Both the position numbers and the translations under genes were made by a program. The notes below the pieces were generated by a model, which saw nothing but the letters and a program-made list of their open reading frames with translations, ran no database searches and was not told the origin of the DNA. A stretch of DNA of 33,811 nucleotides, taken from NCBI GenBank assembly GCA_045547015.1, contig JAZQDY010000066.1, positions 1 to 33,811 on the forward strand, read 5' to 3'. Source of the stretch: Eubacteriales bacterium. Lineage in GTDB: Bacteria; Bacillota; Clostridia; Oscillospirales; CAG-272. Shown one piece after another: positions 18,837 through 26,609 of the stretch. The first letter of the stretch is position 1. Each line of letters starts with the position of its first letter.

Positions 18837-21800
18837 TTATTTACCTGTTTTTTTTCGGTCGTTGACAAGCATGCCGATAAGTATTGCACACAAAATGATC
18901 GCGTTGGTGGCAAACGGTCCCCAGGAGCGTGTAATGATTCCGTAGGCGCTCCAAAGACAAACGTTAATCAGACTCCACGCTCTATACATTTTGCCGTTCT
19001 CCTGGGAAATGGAAGCAACGTACGGAATGGCCGTAAGAATCGGCAAAATAACAACCCAGGAGTGATTAAATATCAGATTGGCTGAAACGCTGGACAGGAC
19101 AAACAGGACGAGCAGCCATTTGGGAATTTTCTTGTTTTTCACACAGAAAAAGAAATTGATGACTGCCATGATGGCCCCGAGTCCGCAGGAAATGCCGCCG
19201 CTTACGTTGTCCACGACCACATAACTCAACGTCATGAAAAAGTTGGACAGAAACGCAAGCACCAGAATGAGATGCATATTACGTCCCTTGAACAGCATGG
19301 AAAGCGCTATACACAAGAGAGACAGTGCACTGAGAACAAAGGAAATAATCTGCATACGGTCCGAAAAACCGGGCTTATCATTTTCCTGTCCATCATCGGG
19401 AATGTCTGTAATTTCACCGGTCATATCCGCTGTCGCCGCGGGGGCGGCCGTTTCGGTAGTTTCCGGTGCGTCGGAAACCGCCGGCTCCTCTGGCATGGTT
19501 TTCAGAAGAGAGATGGTATCCACTACCGTAATCTTATCGCTGTCGTTTGTTCCCAGATTATAGGTTGTGAGCTTCAGCTCGCTTTCAGAAACGTCAATAG
19601 GGGTCAGATTTCTCGTAGCCGCCGTGCCGGTAACTGCCGCATAGATATTTTCGAACTGCACTTTATTCACCTGAGAACCGGAGCTGGTAGCACCGGTAAC
19701 GTACAGAATTCCATCGGGCGCGATGGCCTTCACAGGCTTTGAGGAGGTCTTCAAATCCGTATGTACCGTACCTGTGGCATCCTTCCAGCTTATGAATTTC
19801 GGCTCCATTGTGCCGTCCTCGTAAATGTAGGAACCGCTTTCGTACGGCGTAATGATCGAAGCATCGATATAATTGCCGCTTTCATCCATGGCAGGCTTCA
19901 GGATATGGGTACGTGTATAGGAATGATCGTGACCGGAAAGAACCAGATCCACGCCGTTTTCATAAAGGATGGGCAGCAGATACTCTCTTATATTGGTATA
20001 CGCATACTGCTCCGTTCTGTTATAAATACCGGTGGACTCGTTTACCGTATAGTTGCCGTGATAACTGGAGCCAAAAGGCGAATGATGATACAAAGCAATG
20101 GTCCAGTCAAAGGTCTGATCCTTCGTTTCCTCCATCACTCGTGCGATGAAAGCGCCGTGCTCCTCCGCCGCCGCTTTATCCTTAGCCCTGGCTGCTTCCG
20201 CGCCGGAGTTGTCCTTGAACGTATTCGTGTTCAGAACGATAAAGAGCACAGAATTATAAGTAAAGTAATAGTCAGCGCTGTGCAGATAAGAGCCGGCGCT
20301 GGTTTCATAACTCGCGCCGTAGTACGTACCATCCGGTTTCGTCAGCATATTGGGCAGATTTACGTGGAAAGGATAGATGGCATACGGCTGGTTGTCATGG
20401 TTACCGAGTGTGGTTACCGTAGGAAGAGAAAGCAATTCCTCGTGGTTGGAATACGCATCCCACTGCAATTCATGACCCTGGTAATTCTGCAGATATGTAT
20501 TGAGCTGATCGCCGGCAGACATGAGAAAATCCACCCCGTCAAACTCAGGGGCACTCATCAACTGGGAAAGGGTTCGGCCCCAGGCCTCGCCGTCCCCGGA
20601 AATGCACTCCCAGTTCTTAGAGGAATCCCCGCCGTATCCGCGTCCGATCTGGGGATCACCGGCAAAAGCAAACGTAAACGAATCAGAACCGCCTGTGGTA
20701 ATCGTATGAATCTCTCCAAGGTCCGTTCCATTGGCAAGCTGATAGCAGTATTCCGTATCCGGTTCAAGGTTTGCAATGGTTGCCTTGTTGGCAAAGTAAC
20801 TTTCTTTTTTCGACTCCGTTCTTTCGGCGGTCACCTGAGTGGCACCTGCCGGGAACGCACCGCCGTTCATATCGGACTTTTTTGCGTATGTAACTGTACC
20901 GTCCGCCTCGGAGACGGAATACCAGGTGAAGTTCAGTTCAGATTCATCCGCACCGAGCTGCAAAACGATATTTGTATGTTTTGGCGGCTGGGTAAACTCC
21001 ACAAGCGTCGTTGCTGCTTTTTCTGCACCGGCGGCGTGAATCTTTACAACAATATCCTGGGTTTCCGGGTCAAACTGCGCCGGATCGTATGCCAGTTTCG
21101 TAAAAGGAGCATCCTGCTGATCCACCAGCAAAAGCGTGTGTGCGGACTCAATGTAACTGGGAATTTTGTCCGGCGATACTGTATACGGCACAGTATACAT
21201 CATAACCGTGAAGGTGCCCTCACCGTCCGCAGGAAACATATCTTCGGTAACTTCCACGTACGCTGTTTCACCAATCACCGTACCGGCATCGGTCGCAACA
21301 AGATCGCGCAGCTCTGCGGCAGGCGCATATGGCAGCGGTGTTGTAAGATTGCGCCAGAACATGGCTTTCACACTTTTTGCGTTCTGGTAAGTGGAAAGGA
21401 ACGGCAATATATCGTATTCGGCAAAAGCAAGGGCGTTATGGGCATTCACGTACAGCGCCTTCTGACTGCCCACAAGACGGCCGATCATTTTCCCGTCCGC
21501 GTCGTAGGCAGCCAGCATAGGCGTAACTGCTCCACCTGCAGACGAGTCCGCAGCCATCTGGATCTTTATGGGATCGGCAACACTGGTAGTCAAGGAGAAA
21601 TTGTCAAGCTGGAAATGAATCTTCTGTCTTTCTTCCCCGACATCGTAGGATTTATCATGAAAAACAAGGCAGAGCAAATTATTCCGGCTGGTTCCCCATG
21701 TGTTGACGCGCTTGAAATCCAGGCTCTTTTCGGCACCGCTTTCATCGCGCACCGTACCCACAGCCGTATCGCCGCCGGGCTCATTGGTGATCTCGATGTG

Positions 21801-22835
21801 ATACCATTTTCCGCTTTCAAACTGGTCTGTTGAAAACTCAAATCCTTTTTTGCCTCGTTCCGTGGCGAGATTATTATCGTCATAGACAGAAAGATGTACT
21901 GTTTCCTTGGTCGTTCCGTACACCTTATAAAAATCAAACGATACCGTATATCCCTGCGGCAGTTTCGGCACATTAAAACCAGTGGAGTAGACAGCTCCGG
22001 TTGGATTCCGGCGAGCGGTATTTTCCGTTTTGTCTGAAGCAAGGACACTCCAGTCCATGGCGGAATAATCAACATCCAGCACCGTATTTCCACTGCCGTC
22101 TGCGGCAGATTTTACTGATACAGGAACACCGTAGGTAGTGTATCCCTCTGAAAGCGTGGGGGTCTTCTCTTCGTAATCTTCACGGAAAAGTTCTTTCTCA
22201 TGCGCCGCATCCAGTTTTTCAGGAACAAGCACGTTCACAGCCGGCACAGCAGATACGGCAAACAGATCATCCAGAAGATACGTACCTTCTGCAGAGCCGA
22301 TACCGGTGATGCGGACAGCATTTTTGTATACAGTTTGCGATCCGGCAGTATACAGAACAGCCGTCTCCATCCACTGCTTTCTCACCGGATTGTAAAGCTG
22401 AGCTGCGGAGGAACCGTTCTTCAGCACACATGTAAATGCACCGTCCGTGCCTACGGCAAAATTCTCAGGCAAAAGGAACACAGCGCTGTTTCCGGCATCA
22501 TCGTACAACGCAATCTCAAGCTGGCTGCCGGCAAAACGTTTCTCCGCTTCAAAAATAACGGCAGAGGAATCACCGAGGCGAAACACGGATGTGGAATAGA
22601 CAACGCTTGCGCCGCCGGGCACGGACAGCTTACCGTCTCCGCTGACGGCAGTAACGGAAATATTGCCGCTGCTATCCGCAGGCGAAGGGTTTAGGATATC
22701 GAAGTCAATACTCAGTTCAACACCGCCGCGGACTGCCGCCGTACCACCGTTTGCCAATACAGCCGGCACACACAGGGGGATGAGCAGACACAGTGTCAGG
22801 AAGAGCGACGCATAACGAGATAATTTCATAGTCAT
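18837..22835 (-). CDS. secreted multidomain metallophosphoesterase (purple-acid-phosphatase-like) fused to a C-terminal YgjV-family membrane domain
   Basis: Signal peptide MTMKLSRYASLFLTLCLLIPLCVPAVLANG. About 590 aa follow that I cannot place. Next is an FN3-like PAP N-domain (ELNFTWYS...TEYCYQL). Five metallophosphoesterase blocks occur in canonical order: FAGDPQIG, SAGDQLN, LGNHDN, LYHHSPF, SGHDHSYTR. A Pro/Thr/Glu/Ala linker spans aa 1113-1160. Aa 1161-1325 (nt 18861-19355) are multi-TM with the YgjV-like layout (...LPILTAIPYVASI..K..R.....W..Y...). SD AAGGGAG lies 6 nt upstream. Confidence 0.85.
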   Translation of the reverse strand: MTMKLSRYASLFLTLCLLIPLCVPAVLANGGTAAVRGGVELSIDFDILNPSPADSSGNISVTAVSGDGKLSVPGGASVVYSTSVFRLGDSSAVIFEAEKRFAGSQLEIALYDDAGNSAVFLLPENFAVGTDGAFTCVLKNGSSAAQLYNPVRKQWMETAVLYTAGSQTVYKNAVRITGIGSAEGTYLLDDLFAVSAVPAVNVLVPEKLDAAHEKELFREDYEEKTPTLSEGYTTYGVPVSVKSAADGSGNTVLDVDYSAMDWSVLASDKTENTARRNPTGAVYSTGFNVPKLPQGYTVSFDFYKVYGTTKETVHLSVYDDNNLATERGKKGFEFSTDQFESGKWYHIEITNEPGGDTAVGTVRDESGAEKSLDFKRVNTWGTSRNNLLCLVFHDKSYDVGEERQKIHFQLDNFSLTTSVADPIKIQMAADSSAGGAVTPMLAAYDADGKMIGRLVGSQKALYVNAHNALAFAEYDILPFLSTYQNAKSVKAMFWRNLTTPLPYAPAAELRDLVATDAGTVIGETAYVEVTEDMFPADGEGTFTVMMYTVPYTVSPDKIPSYIESAHTLLLVDQQDAPFTKLAYDPAQFDPETQDIVVKIHAAGAEKAATTLVEFTQPPKHTNIVLQLGADESELNFTWYSVSEADGTVTYAKKSDMNGGAFPAGATQVTAERTESKKESYFANKATIANLEPDTEYCYQLANGTDLGEIHTITTGGSDSFTFAFAGDPQIGRGYGGDSSKNWECISGDGEAWGRTLSQLMSAPEFDGVDFLMSAGDQLNTYLQNYQGHELQWDAYSNHEELLSLPTVTTLGNHDNQPYAIYPFHVNLPNMLTKPDGTYYGASYETSAGSYLHSADYYFTYNSVLFIVLNTNTFKDNSGAEAARAKDKAAAEEHGAFIARVMEETKDQTFDWTIALYHHSPFGSSYHGNYTVNESTGIYNRTEQYAYTNIREYLLPILYENGVDLVLSGHDHSYTRTHILKPAMDESGNYIDASIITPYESGSYIYEDGTMEPKFISWKDATGTVHTDLKTSSKPVKAIAPDGILYVTGATSSGSQVNKVQFENIYAAVTGTAATRNLTPIDVSESELKLTTYNLGTNDSDKITVVDTISLLKTMPEEPAVSDAPETTETAAPAATADMTGEITDIPDDGQENDKPGFSDRMQIISFVLSALSLLCIALSMLFKGRNMHLILVLAFLSNFFMTLSYVVVDNVSGGISCGLGAIMAVINFFFCVKNKKIPKWLLVLFVLSSVSANLIFNHSWVVILPILTAIPYVASISQENGKMYRAWSLINVCLWSAYGIITRSWGPFATNAIILCAILIGMLVNDRKKTGK

Positions 22836-22856
22836 CAGTAACTCCCTTACAATTCG

Positions 22857-23933
22857 TTACTTTAAAATATTAAGGAAACGCGCCACTTCTTTGCCGATCT
22901 TTTCCGCCATCCGGAGAAAACCAATGTCCGTTGGATGGACGCCGTCTACCAGTTCGCAGCCAGTATAGCAGTCGGAAAAGTACTCTTTTCCATCAATAAA
23001 AACAACGTTCCGGTCCCCTGCCGCCTTGGCGCGCTCTACCGTATCTTTCACGATCCGGCGGCGTTCTTCATTGTCAGCGGATCCGGTGTAATCAGGCCGG
23101 GAAGCGCAGATAATCGGCAGGTCCGGCTGTTTATCCCGAATGATGCGGAACATTCTTTCGTGCGTCTTTCGGAGAAACTCCGGGTCCGGCGCGTTATGAT
23201 CGTAATCGTATACGAACACGCTCATGTGGAGGGCAGCGATATATTCGGCGACTGCATCCTCTGCCTTTGCGTTTCCGTTGAAGCCAAGATTCAAGAAATC
23301 ACAATCCAGCATTCGGGAAATAATTGCCTCATACGTATTTCCGGGGCGGGACGCACAGCCGCCGTGGGTAATGGAAGAACCGTAATACACCACCGGCTTT
23401 TCATACGTATATGGGCGCGGCGGCTCCACCACCGCATCCGCGTCCAAATACAGATACAGCCTGGACACTTCGCTGAACAAGGGGAAATTCAAAGTCAGCT
23501 CCCGCATCTTTTTTTCCGGAAACGTATACTCGGACTCAAAACCGTTTTCAATAGTGTACGGCGGGATAAACGTATGGGCATACATTTCCCTGCCGTTTTC
23601 CCTGTTATAGAGGTCAAATCCTGCGCATCCGGTAAGCGCATCGTGTGAGTATTTCCATATACACGGCATCTCCGCGTGAATGGCAATATAAGAAGAATCG
23701 GTTCTGAATCTGAGCCGTGCACCGGTTGTGTTGGCGTGCAGCCAGTGCACGTTTCTGCTGACAGCCAGTGCAGCATCCTCAGGCATACGGCGGAATTTGT
23801 CATCCGGCGCATCCGTTGGCGGAATAATACCGTGCAGTTGAAAAGGGGCTTTCCGCACGTCATACACGGTCACGTTCTCCCGGCTGATCTTACACTCCAC
23901 TTTCAGATTCGGATCAATTTGAGAAATGTCCAT
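22857..23933 (-). CDS. SGNH/GDSL hydrolase with GxDLY-type N-terminal domain (copy 1), no signal peptide
   Basis: GFDLY motif in the N-domain. SGNH blocks are VVYYGSSITHGG (nucleophile Ser), LGFNGNAKAE (block III Asn) and VDGVHPTD (Asp/His). About 50% identical by eye to the 27532-28578 product. Confidence 0.85.
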   Translation of the reverse strand: MDISQIDPNLKVECKISRENVTVYDVRKAPFQLHGIIPPTDAPDDKFRRMPEDAALAVSRNVHWLHANTTGARLRFRTDSSYIAIHAEMPCIWKYSHDALTGCAGFDLYNRENGREMYAHTFIPPYTIENGFESEYTFPEKKMRELTLNFPLFSEVSRLYLYLDADAVVEPPRPYTYEKPVVYYGSSITHGGCASRPGNTYEAIISRMLDCDFLNLGFNGNAKAEDAVAEYIAALHMSVFVYDYDHNAPDPEFLRKTHERMFRIIRDKQPDLPIICASRPDYTGSADNEERRRIVKDTVERAKAAGDRNVVFIDGKEYFSDCYTGCELVDGVHPTDIGFLRMAEKIGKEVARFLNILK

Positions 23934-23946
23934 GGATCATTCTCCC

Positions 23947-24822
23947 TCAAAGAATCTTCTCACCGTCAAAGAGAATCACACCGGTACCGGAACCCATTTT
24001 TCCGCCGGCTTTCAGATATTCTATGTAGTTTCGTCTGAGGCGGGTATCCGTGGGTGCCTTATCCAGCGTTTCGGGTCCCTCGTATACCATATTGAAGATC
24101 CGCCAGAAATCACTGCCGGTCTCCCTCTCCTTGGTGCTGACAATATCAAAAAGAGCAGCGAATTTCCGCGTATTGGATCCTTCCGGATACATCACGATGG
24201 TAGGCGGATACAGAAGCCAGGAATAGCACACGATCTTCAGAATACCGTCTTTCAAACTGTCCTTATTGAACTCATACAGTTTTTTGAAAGAATCCATGAC
24301 AGATTCCGGCGTCAAAGGTCCGCTGGACGGAATATGGCAGCTGAAACAGGCATCGCCATTTTTCAGAATTCCTTTATAGTCTTCGCCGCCCCACGTATGC
24401 TTATCGAACTGCAGACGACCGAAAGGCATACGCTCGCAGGTATAGAACATTTTAAACCAGTCCACGAACGTGCCCCAAATGCCGTATACGTCGTGGCACT
24501 CGATCAGCTTATATTTCAGATCTGTCACAGACTCCCAATACATATGCTCCGGGAGGTTTTTCTGTTTATAGATATAGTACAGCGATTTTGTACACAGAAT
24601 CCAGAAAACCATATCGGAAGTGTATCGGTGCACGCCGGATTCCTTCGAAACGTTTTCAAGAATCGGAACAAATGAGTTGTCCGTTCCGCAGTACATAGCG
24701 TCCATGGCTTCGTAAATGCCGGTCAGTGCTTTTGGGGACGACAGGATCTTCCGGTAGGCCGCCTCCAAACAATCCGCAGCTTCTTCGGGAAATCCTGTTT
24801 TTTCACAAAAATCTCTTACCAT
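23947..24822 (-). CDS. acyltransferase-like protein (GNAT-like C-terminal domain / DUF5596-type N-domain), copy 1
   Basis: 291 aa from the ATG at 24820-24822, with AGGAGG 6 nt upstream; the track's TTG at 24840 is unlikely. It is about 70% identical by eye to the 26610-27488 product. The family assignment rests on my recollection of the 'acyltransferase domain-containing protein' family (CHIPSSGPLTPESV..., ...GTGVILFDG) and needs an HMM check. Confidence 0.7.
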   Translation of the reverse strand: MVRDFCEKTGFPEEAADCLEAAYRKILSSPKALTGIYEAMDAMYCGTDNSFVPILENVSKESGVHRYTSDMVFWILCTKSLYYIYKQKNLPEHMYWESVTDLKYKLIECHDVYGIWGTFVDWFKMFYTCERMPFGRLQFDKHTWGGEDYKGILKNGDACFSCHIPSSGPLTPESVMDSFKKLYEFNKDSLKDGILKIVCYSWLLYPPTIVMYPEGSNTRKFAALFDIVSTKERETGSDFWRIFNMVYEGPETLDKAPTDTRLRRNYIEYLKAGGKMGSGTGVILFDGEKIL

Positions 24823-24878
24823 ACTGAACCTCCTGTTCAATCCGCGTTACTTGGCAGAATTGAAAATTCATACTTTTA

Positions 24879-24906
24879 ATTATATCACTATTTTTCATGG
24901 TGTCAA
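24879..24906 (-). promoter_or_regulatory. near-consensus sigma-A promoter for the AT1-SGNH1-phosphoesterase operon
   Basis: Minus strand reads TTGACA (24901-24906), a 16-nt spacer, then TGaTATAAT, an extended -10 (TATAAT at 24879-24884), about 57 nt upstream of the ATG at 24822. Confidence 0.65.
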
Positions 24907-24917
24907 TAAATTTCAGC

Positions 24918-24938
24918 AAAAAAAGCACAGCCGCAGAG
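24918..24938 (-). terminator. 3' arm plus U-tract of a terminator that has been split by the cassette
   Basis: AAAAAAA-GCACAGCC (24918-24932) is the exact complement of GGCTGTGC-TTTT at 26578-26589. The two arms are 1.6 kb apart and are rejoined if the cassette and one GCCGCAGAG copy are removed. Confidence 0.7.
24930..24938. repeat. target-site duplication, left copy (GCCGCAGAG)
   Basis: An identical 9-mer in direct orientation lies at 26570-26578. Both copies directly abut the outer ends of the inverted repeats. Confidence 0.8.
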
Positions 24939-24975
24939 CAATGTCATTTAGATAAGGCTGTAGAAGTTTAGATAA
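24939..24975. repeat. left terminal inverted repeat
   Basis: CAATGTCATTTAGATAAGGCTGTAGAAGTTTAGATAA. It contains two TTTAGATAA sub-repeats spaced 20 nt apart. Confidence 0.85.
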
Positions 24976-25037
24976 GGGTAAATCCATAAACATATCCCAT
25001 TTCTGCTAAGAATACCGTTTAGTAAAGTATTTCAATT

Positions 25038-25095
25038 ATAAAAAAGACGGGAATACCCATATCACCACAGTAGTTGCGGTGGCATGGATGTTCCC
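25038..25095 (-). terminator. intrinsic terminator inside the cassette, about 190 nt past the regulator's stop codon
   Basis: Minus strand shows a long imperfect stem, GGGAAcAtCCATgcCACCgC-aacta-cTGtGGTGatATGGgTaTTCCC, followed by GTCTTTTTT. Confidence 0.6.
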
Positions 25096-25282
25096 TCTTT
25101 GTTTCAGTGGTTATTTATTTTTCTGAAAACATTACTTTTTAGAGCGTGATCTTGTAAGAAATGATGCCCTTACATTTTTTCTCATTTTGAAAATATAAAA
25201 GTTTTATCATTACGTATATTACTTTAATTATAAAATTGCGAACGATGTGTTTAGATATGGCAATACCGCTGTGGTATTACGA

Positions 25283-26347
25283 TTATTCAAATAAAGCTTT
25301 AAAATCTTCGTAATCACGGATGAAATCAAATACGTCCCTCTTGCTCATTTCCTTGATATTATCGAGATGCGTTCCTTCTGAATGATACCACTCTCTTGAA
25401 TCGATGGTAATGTGATCAAACAACGGCGCTGTATACCTATACTCACCGAGTGCGATTGAATCAATCAAATCGTACTCTTTCACATGATATATTGCTTCTT
25501 TCAAGAATTTTATTGCTGATTCAGCGTTTCCTTCGGATGCCGCAATTTCAGCTTTTCTGAATTTGATGTGACTCATCAAGTGGTGATATTCGCAGTAATT
25601 CCCGTCTGGAATCATTGCTTTAATGATACTTTCTGCGGCTGTACAGGTATCCTTGTTATCTCCAATATTGCTCCAGAGCAGCACATGGATAAGAGCTCCG
25701 AAATGTTTTTCAAGATACTTCTGTTTATGACAGATTTGTTCATCACCATCAAGACAACTAACAAGCAATCCTTCTTTCTCTGTCGGATCTATTTTTGTTT
25801 CGGGGAATAAATCCAAATAACGTCTTGCTTCCTTTTTGTCTCCTTTTCCACAGAAACAGCCAACAATGTACCAAATAGCCCGCGCTTTTATTTCGTCATC
25901 ATCTGTATTTCCGATTACCCTATCAAATATCTTTATGACTCGTTCTCGTACCTCTTCAAACTCTTCTCCATTAGGTAATGTCGCTATAGCTAAGTTCCAA
26001 GTATCTATAGCATAACAAGTCAGCCACTTCATATCAGACGGGTATTCATGGGTGGCAGTTTCTGCGATCAGTAAACATGCCTCCGGGTAGTTTGTTTTTG
26101 CTGCTTCATCGTACAATCTTTCAAGTTCTTCCAGTCGGGTGTCAGATTCTTTTGCTCCCAGCAGTTCATCCGTAGATACGCCTAATGCTTTTGAAAGCGG
26201 AACAATCAGCGCAAGATCAGGCATTGTCAGACCACACTCCCATTTGCTGACCGACTTATAGGTAACACCGAGATATTCTGCCAGTTTCTCCTGTGTGAGA
26301 TCATTCTTCTTCCGCAGTTCCTTGATTCTTAGTCCAATATTCTTCAT
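25283..26347 (-). CDS. XRE-family HTH regulator with an about 290-aa helical, TPR-like C-terminal domain (RNPP-like architecture)
   Basis: The N-terminus IKELRKKNDLTQEKLAEYLGVTYKSVSKWECGLTMPDLALIVPLSKALGVSTDELLG is a canonical HTH_3/XRE domain. The remainder is helix-rich with repeated hydrophobic/acidic periodicity. SD AAGGAGAA is present. Codon usage is AT-rich, unlike the neighbours. Confidence 0.88.
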   Translation of the reverse strand: MKNIGLRIKELRKKNDLTQEKLAEYLGVTYKSVSKWECGLTMPDLALIVPLSKALGVSTDELLGAKESDTRLEELERLYDEAAKTNYPEACLLIAETATHEYPSDMKWLTCYAIDTWNLAIATLPNGEEFEEVRERVIKIFDRVIGNTDDDEIKARAIWYIVGCFCGKGDKKEARRYLDLFPETKIDPTEKEGLLVSCLDGDEQICHKQKYLEKHFGALIHVLLWSNIGDNKDTCTAAESIIKAMIPDGNYCEYHHLMSHIKFRKAEIAASEGNAESAIKFLKEAIYHVKEYDLIDSIALGEYRYTAPLFDHITIDSREWYHSEGTHLDNIKEMSKRDVFDFIRDYEDFKALFE

Positions 26348-26394
26348 ATGTTTTCTCCTTTTTCAAAAGTAAGCCGTGCACCGCTTCTGTATAT

Positions 26395-26423
26395 AGTATA
26401 ACATAATAACAATACACTCACAA
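26395..26423 (-). promoter_or_regulatory. candidate promoter of the cassette regulator
   Basis: Minus strand reads TTGTGA (26418-26423), a 17-nt spacer, then TATACT (26395-26400), 48 nt upstream of the ATG. Confidence 0.4.
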
Positions 26424-26440
26424 CACCATCTTCGCCGAGT

Positions 26441-26465
26441 CGAACTCTCGCAATGGGAGAGTTCG
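26441..26465. repeat. 9-bp perfect inverted repeat (CGAACTCTC-N7-GAGAGTTCG) upstream of the regulator promoter
   Basis: Read directly from the sequence. It could be an operator or an RNA hairpin; the function is not determinable here. Confidence 0.5.
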
Positions 26466-26532
26466 CTTTCTTGCCGTATAAAAAAGACCCCTCGATTGCT
26501 TTTAACAACAGAGGAATCTTTCGCGTTAGGTT

Positions 26533-26569
26533 TTATCTAAACTTTTACCGCTTTATCTAAATGACATTG
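26533..26569. repeat. right terminal inverted repeat
   Basis: The reverse complement reads CAATGTCATTTAGATAAAGCGGTAAAAGTTTAGATAA, matching the left TIR at 34/37 with the outer 17 nt identical. Confidence 0.85.
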
Positions 26570-26578
26570 GCCGCAGAG
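26570..26578. repeat. target-site duplication, right copy (GCCGCAGAG)
   Basis: Direct repeat of 24930-24938. Confidence 0.8.
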
Positions 26579-26590
26579 GCTGTGCTTTTG
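26570..26590 (-). terminator. 5' arm of the split terminator downstream of AT2
   Basis: GGCTGTGCTTTT lies 19 nt after the AT2 stop, counted on the plus strand. See 24918-24938 for the partner arm. Confidence 0.7.
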
Positions 26591-26609
26591 CCATTTTCAG
26601 TCCACATGG

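Larger units (their letters stand above)
24939..26569. mobile_element. non-autonomous cargo cassette (mobile-insertion-cassette-like): TIR - XRE/TPR regulator gene - TIR, no transposase
   Basis: 37-bp TIRs match at 34/37. A 9-bp direct duplication flanks them. The empty site can be restored to an intact terminator hairpin. Hand counts on sampled 60-nt lines give 28-35% G+C inside versus about 55% in the neighbouring gene. Only one ORF longer than 60 aa lies inside. Confidence 0.8.

Noticed and set aside
19761-21833. Very long antisense ORFs opposite real genes: 690 aa at 19761-21833, 392 aa at 16681-17859, 480 aa at 29872-31314, and also 8085-8966, 10558-11400, 12527-13339 and 13303-14181.
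   Set aside because: Those I checked (19761-21833 versus the 1332-aa gene, and 16681-17859 versus the aldolase) are in exact codon register with the sense gene. Their stops could therefore only come from sense TTA, CTA or TCA codons, which these genes rarely use. The translations are low-complexity (rich in R, I, F, H, C), show no motifs and have no SD sequences, while the opposite strand has unmistakable family signatures. They are shadow ORFs.
25062-25085. 7-codon ORF (MPPQLLW) with an apparently good SD (AAGAGGGA, 6-nt spacing) on the minus strand.
   Set aside because: Both the SD-like purine run and the ORF are the two arms of the cassette's terminator hairpin. The ORF is too short to encode an exported signalling peptide and is most likely a coincidence of the stem sequence.
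24918-26590. Alternative reading of the cassette ends as about 60-bp inverted repeats that include AAAAGCACAGCC / GGCTGTGCTTTT.
   Set aside because: Under that reading the central 9 nt would be mutually inverted between the ends (GCAGAG versus CTCTGC). Treating GCCGCAGAG as a direct target duplication and the outer arms as a pre-existing terminator stem explains every base and places a terminator exactly where one is expected.
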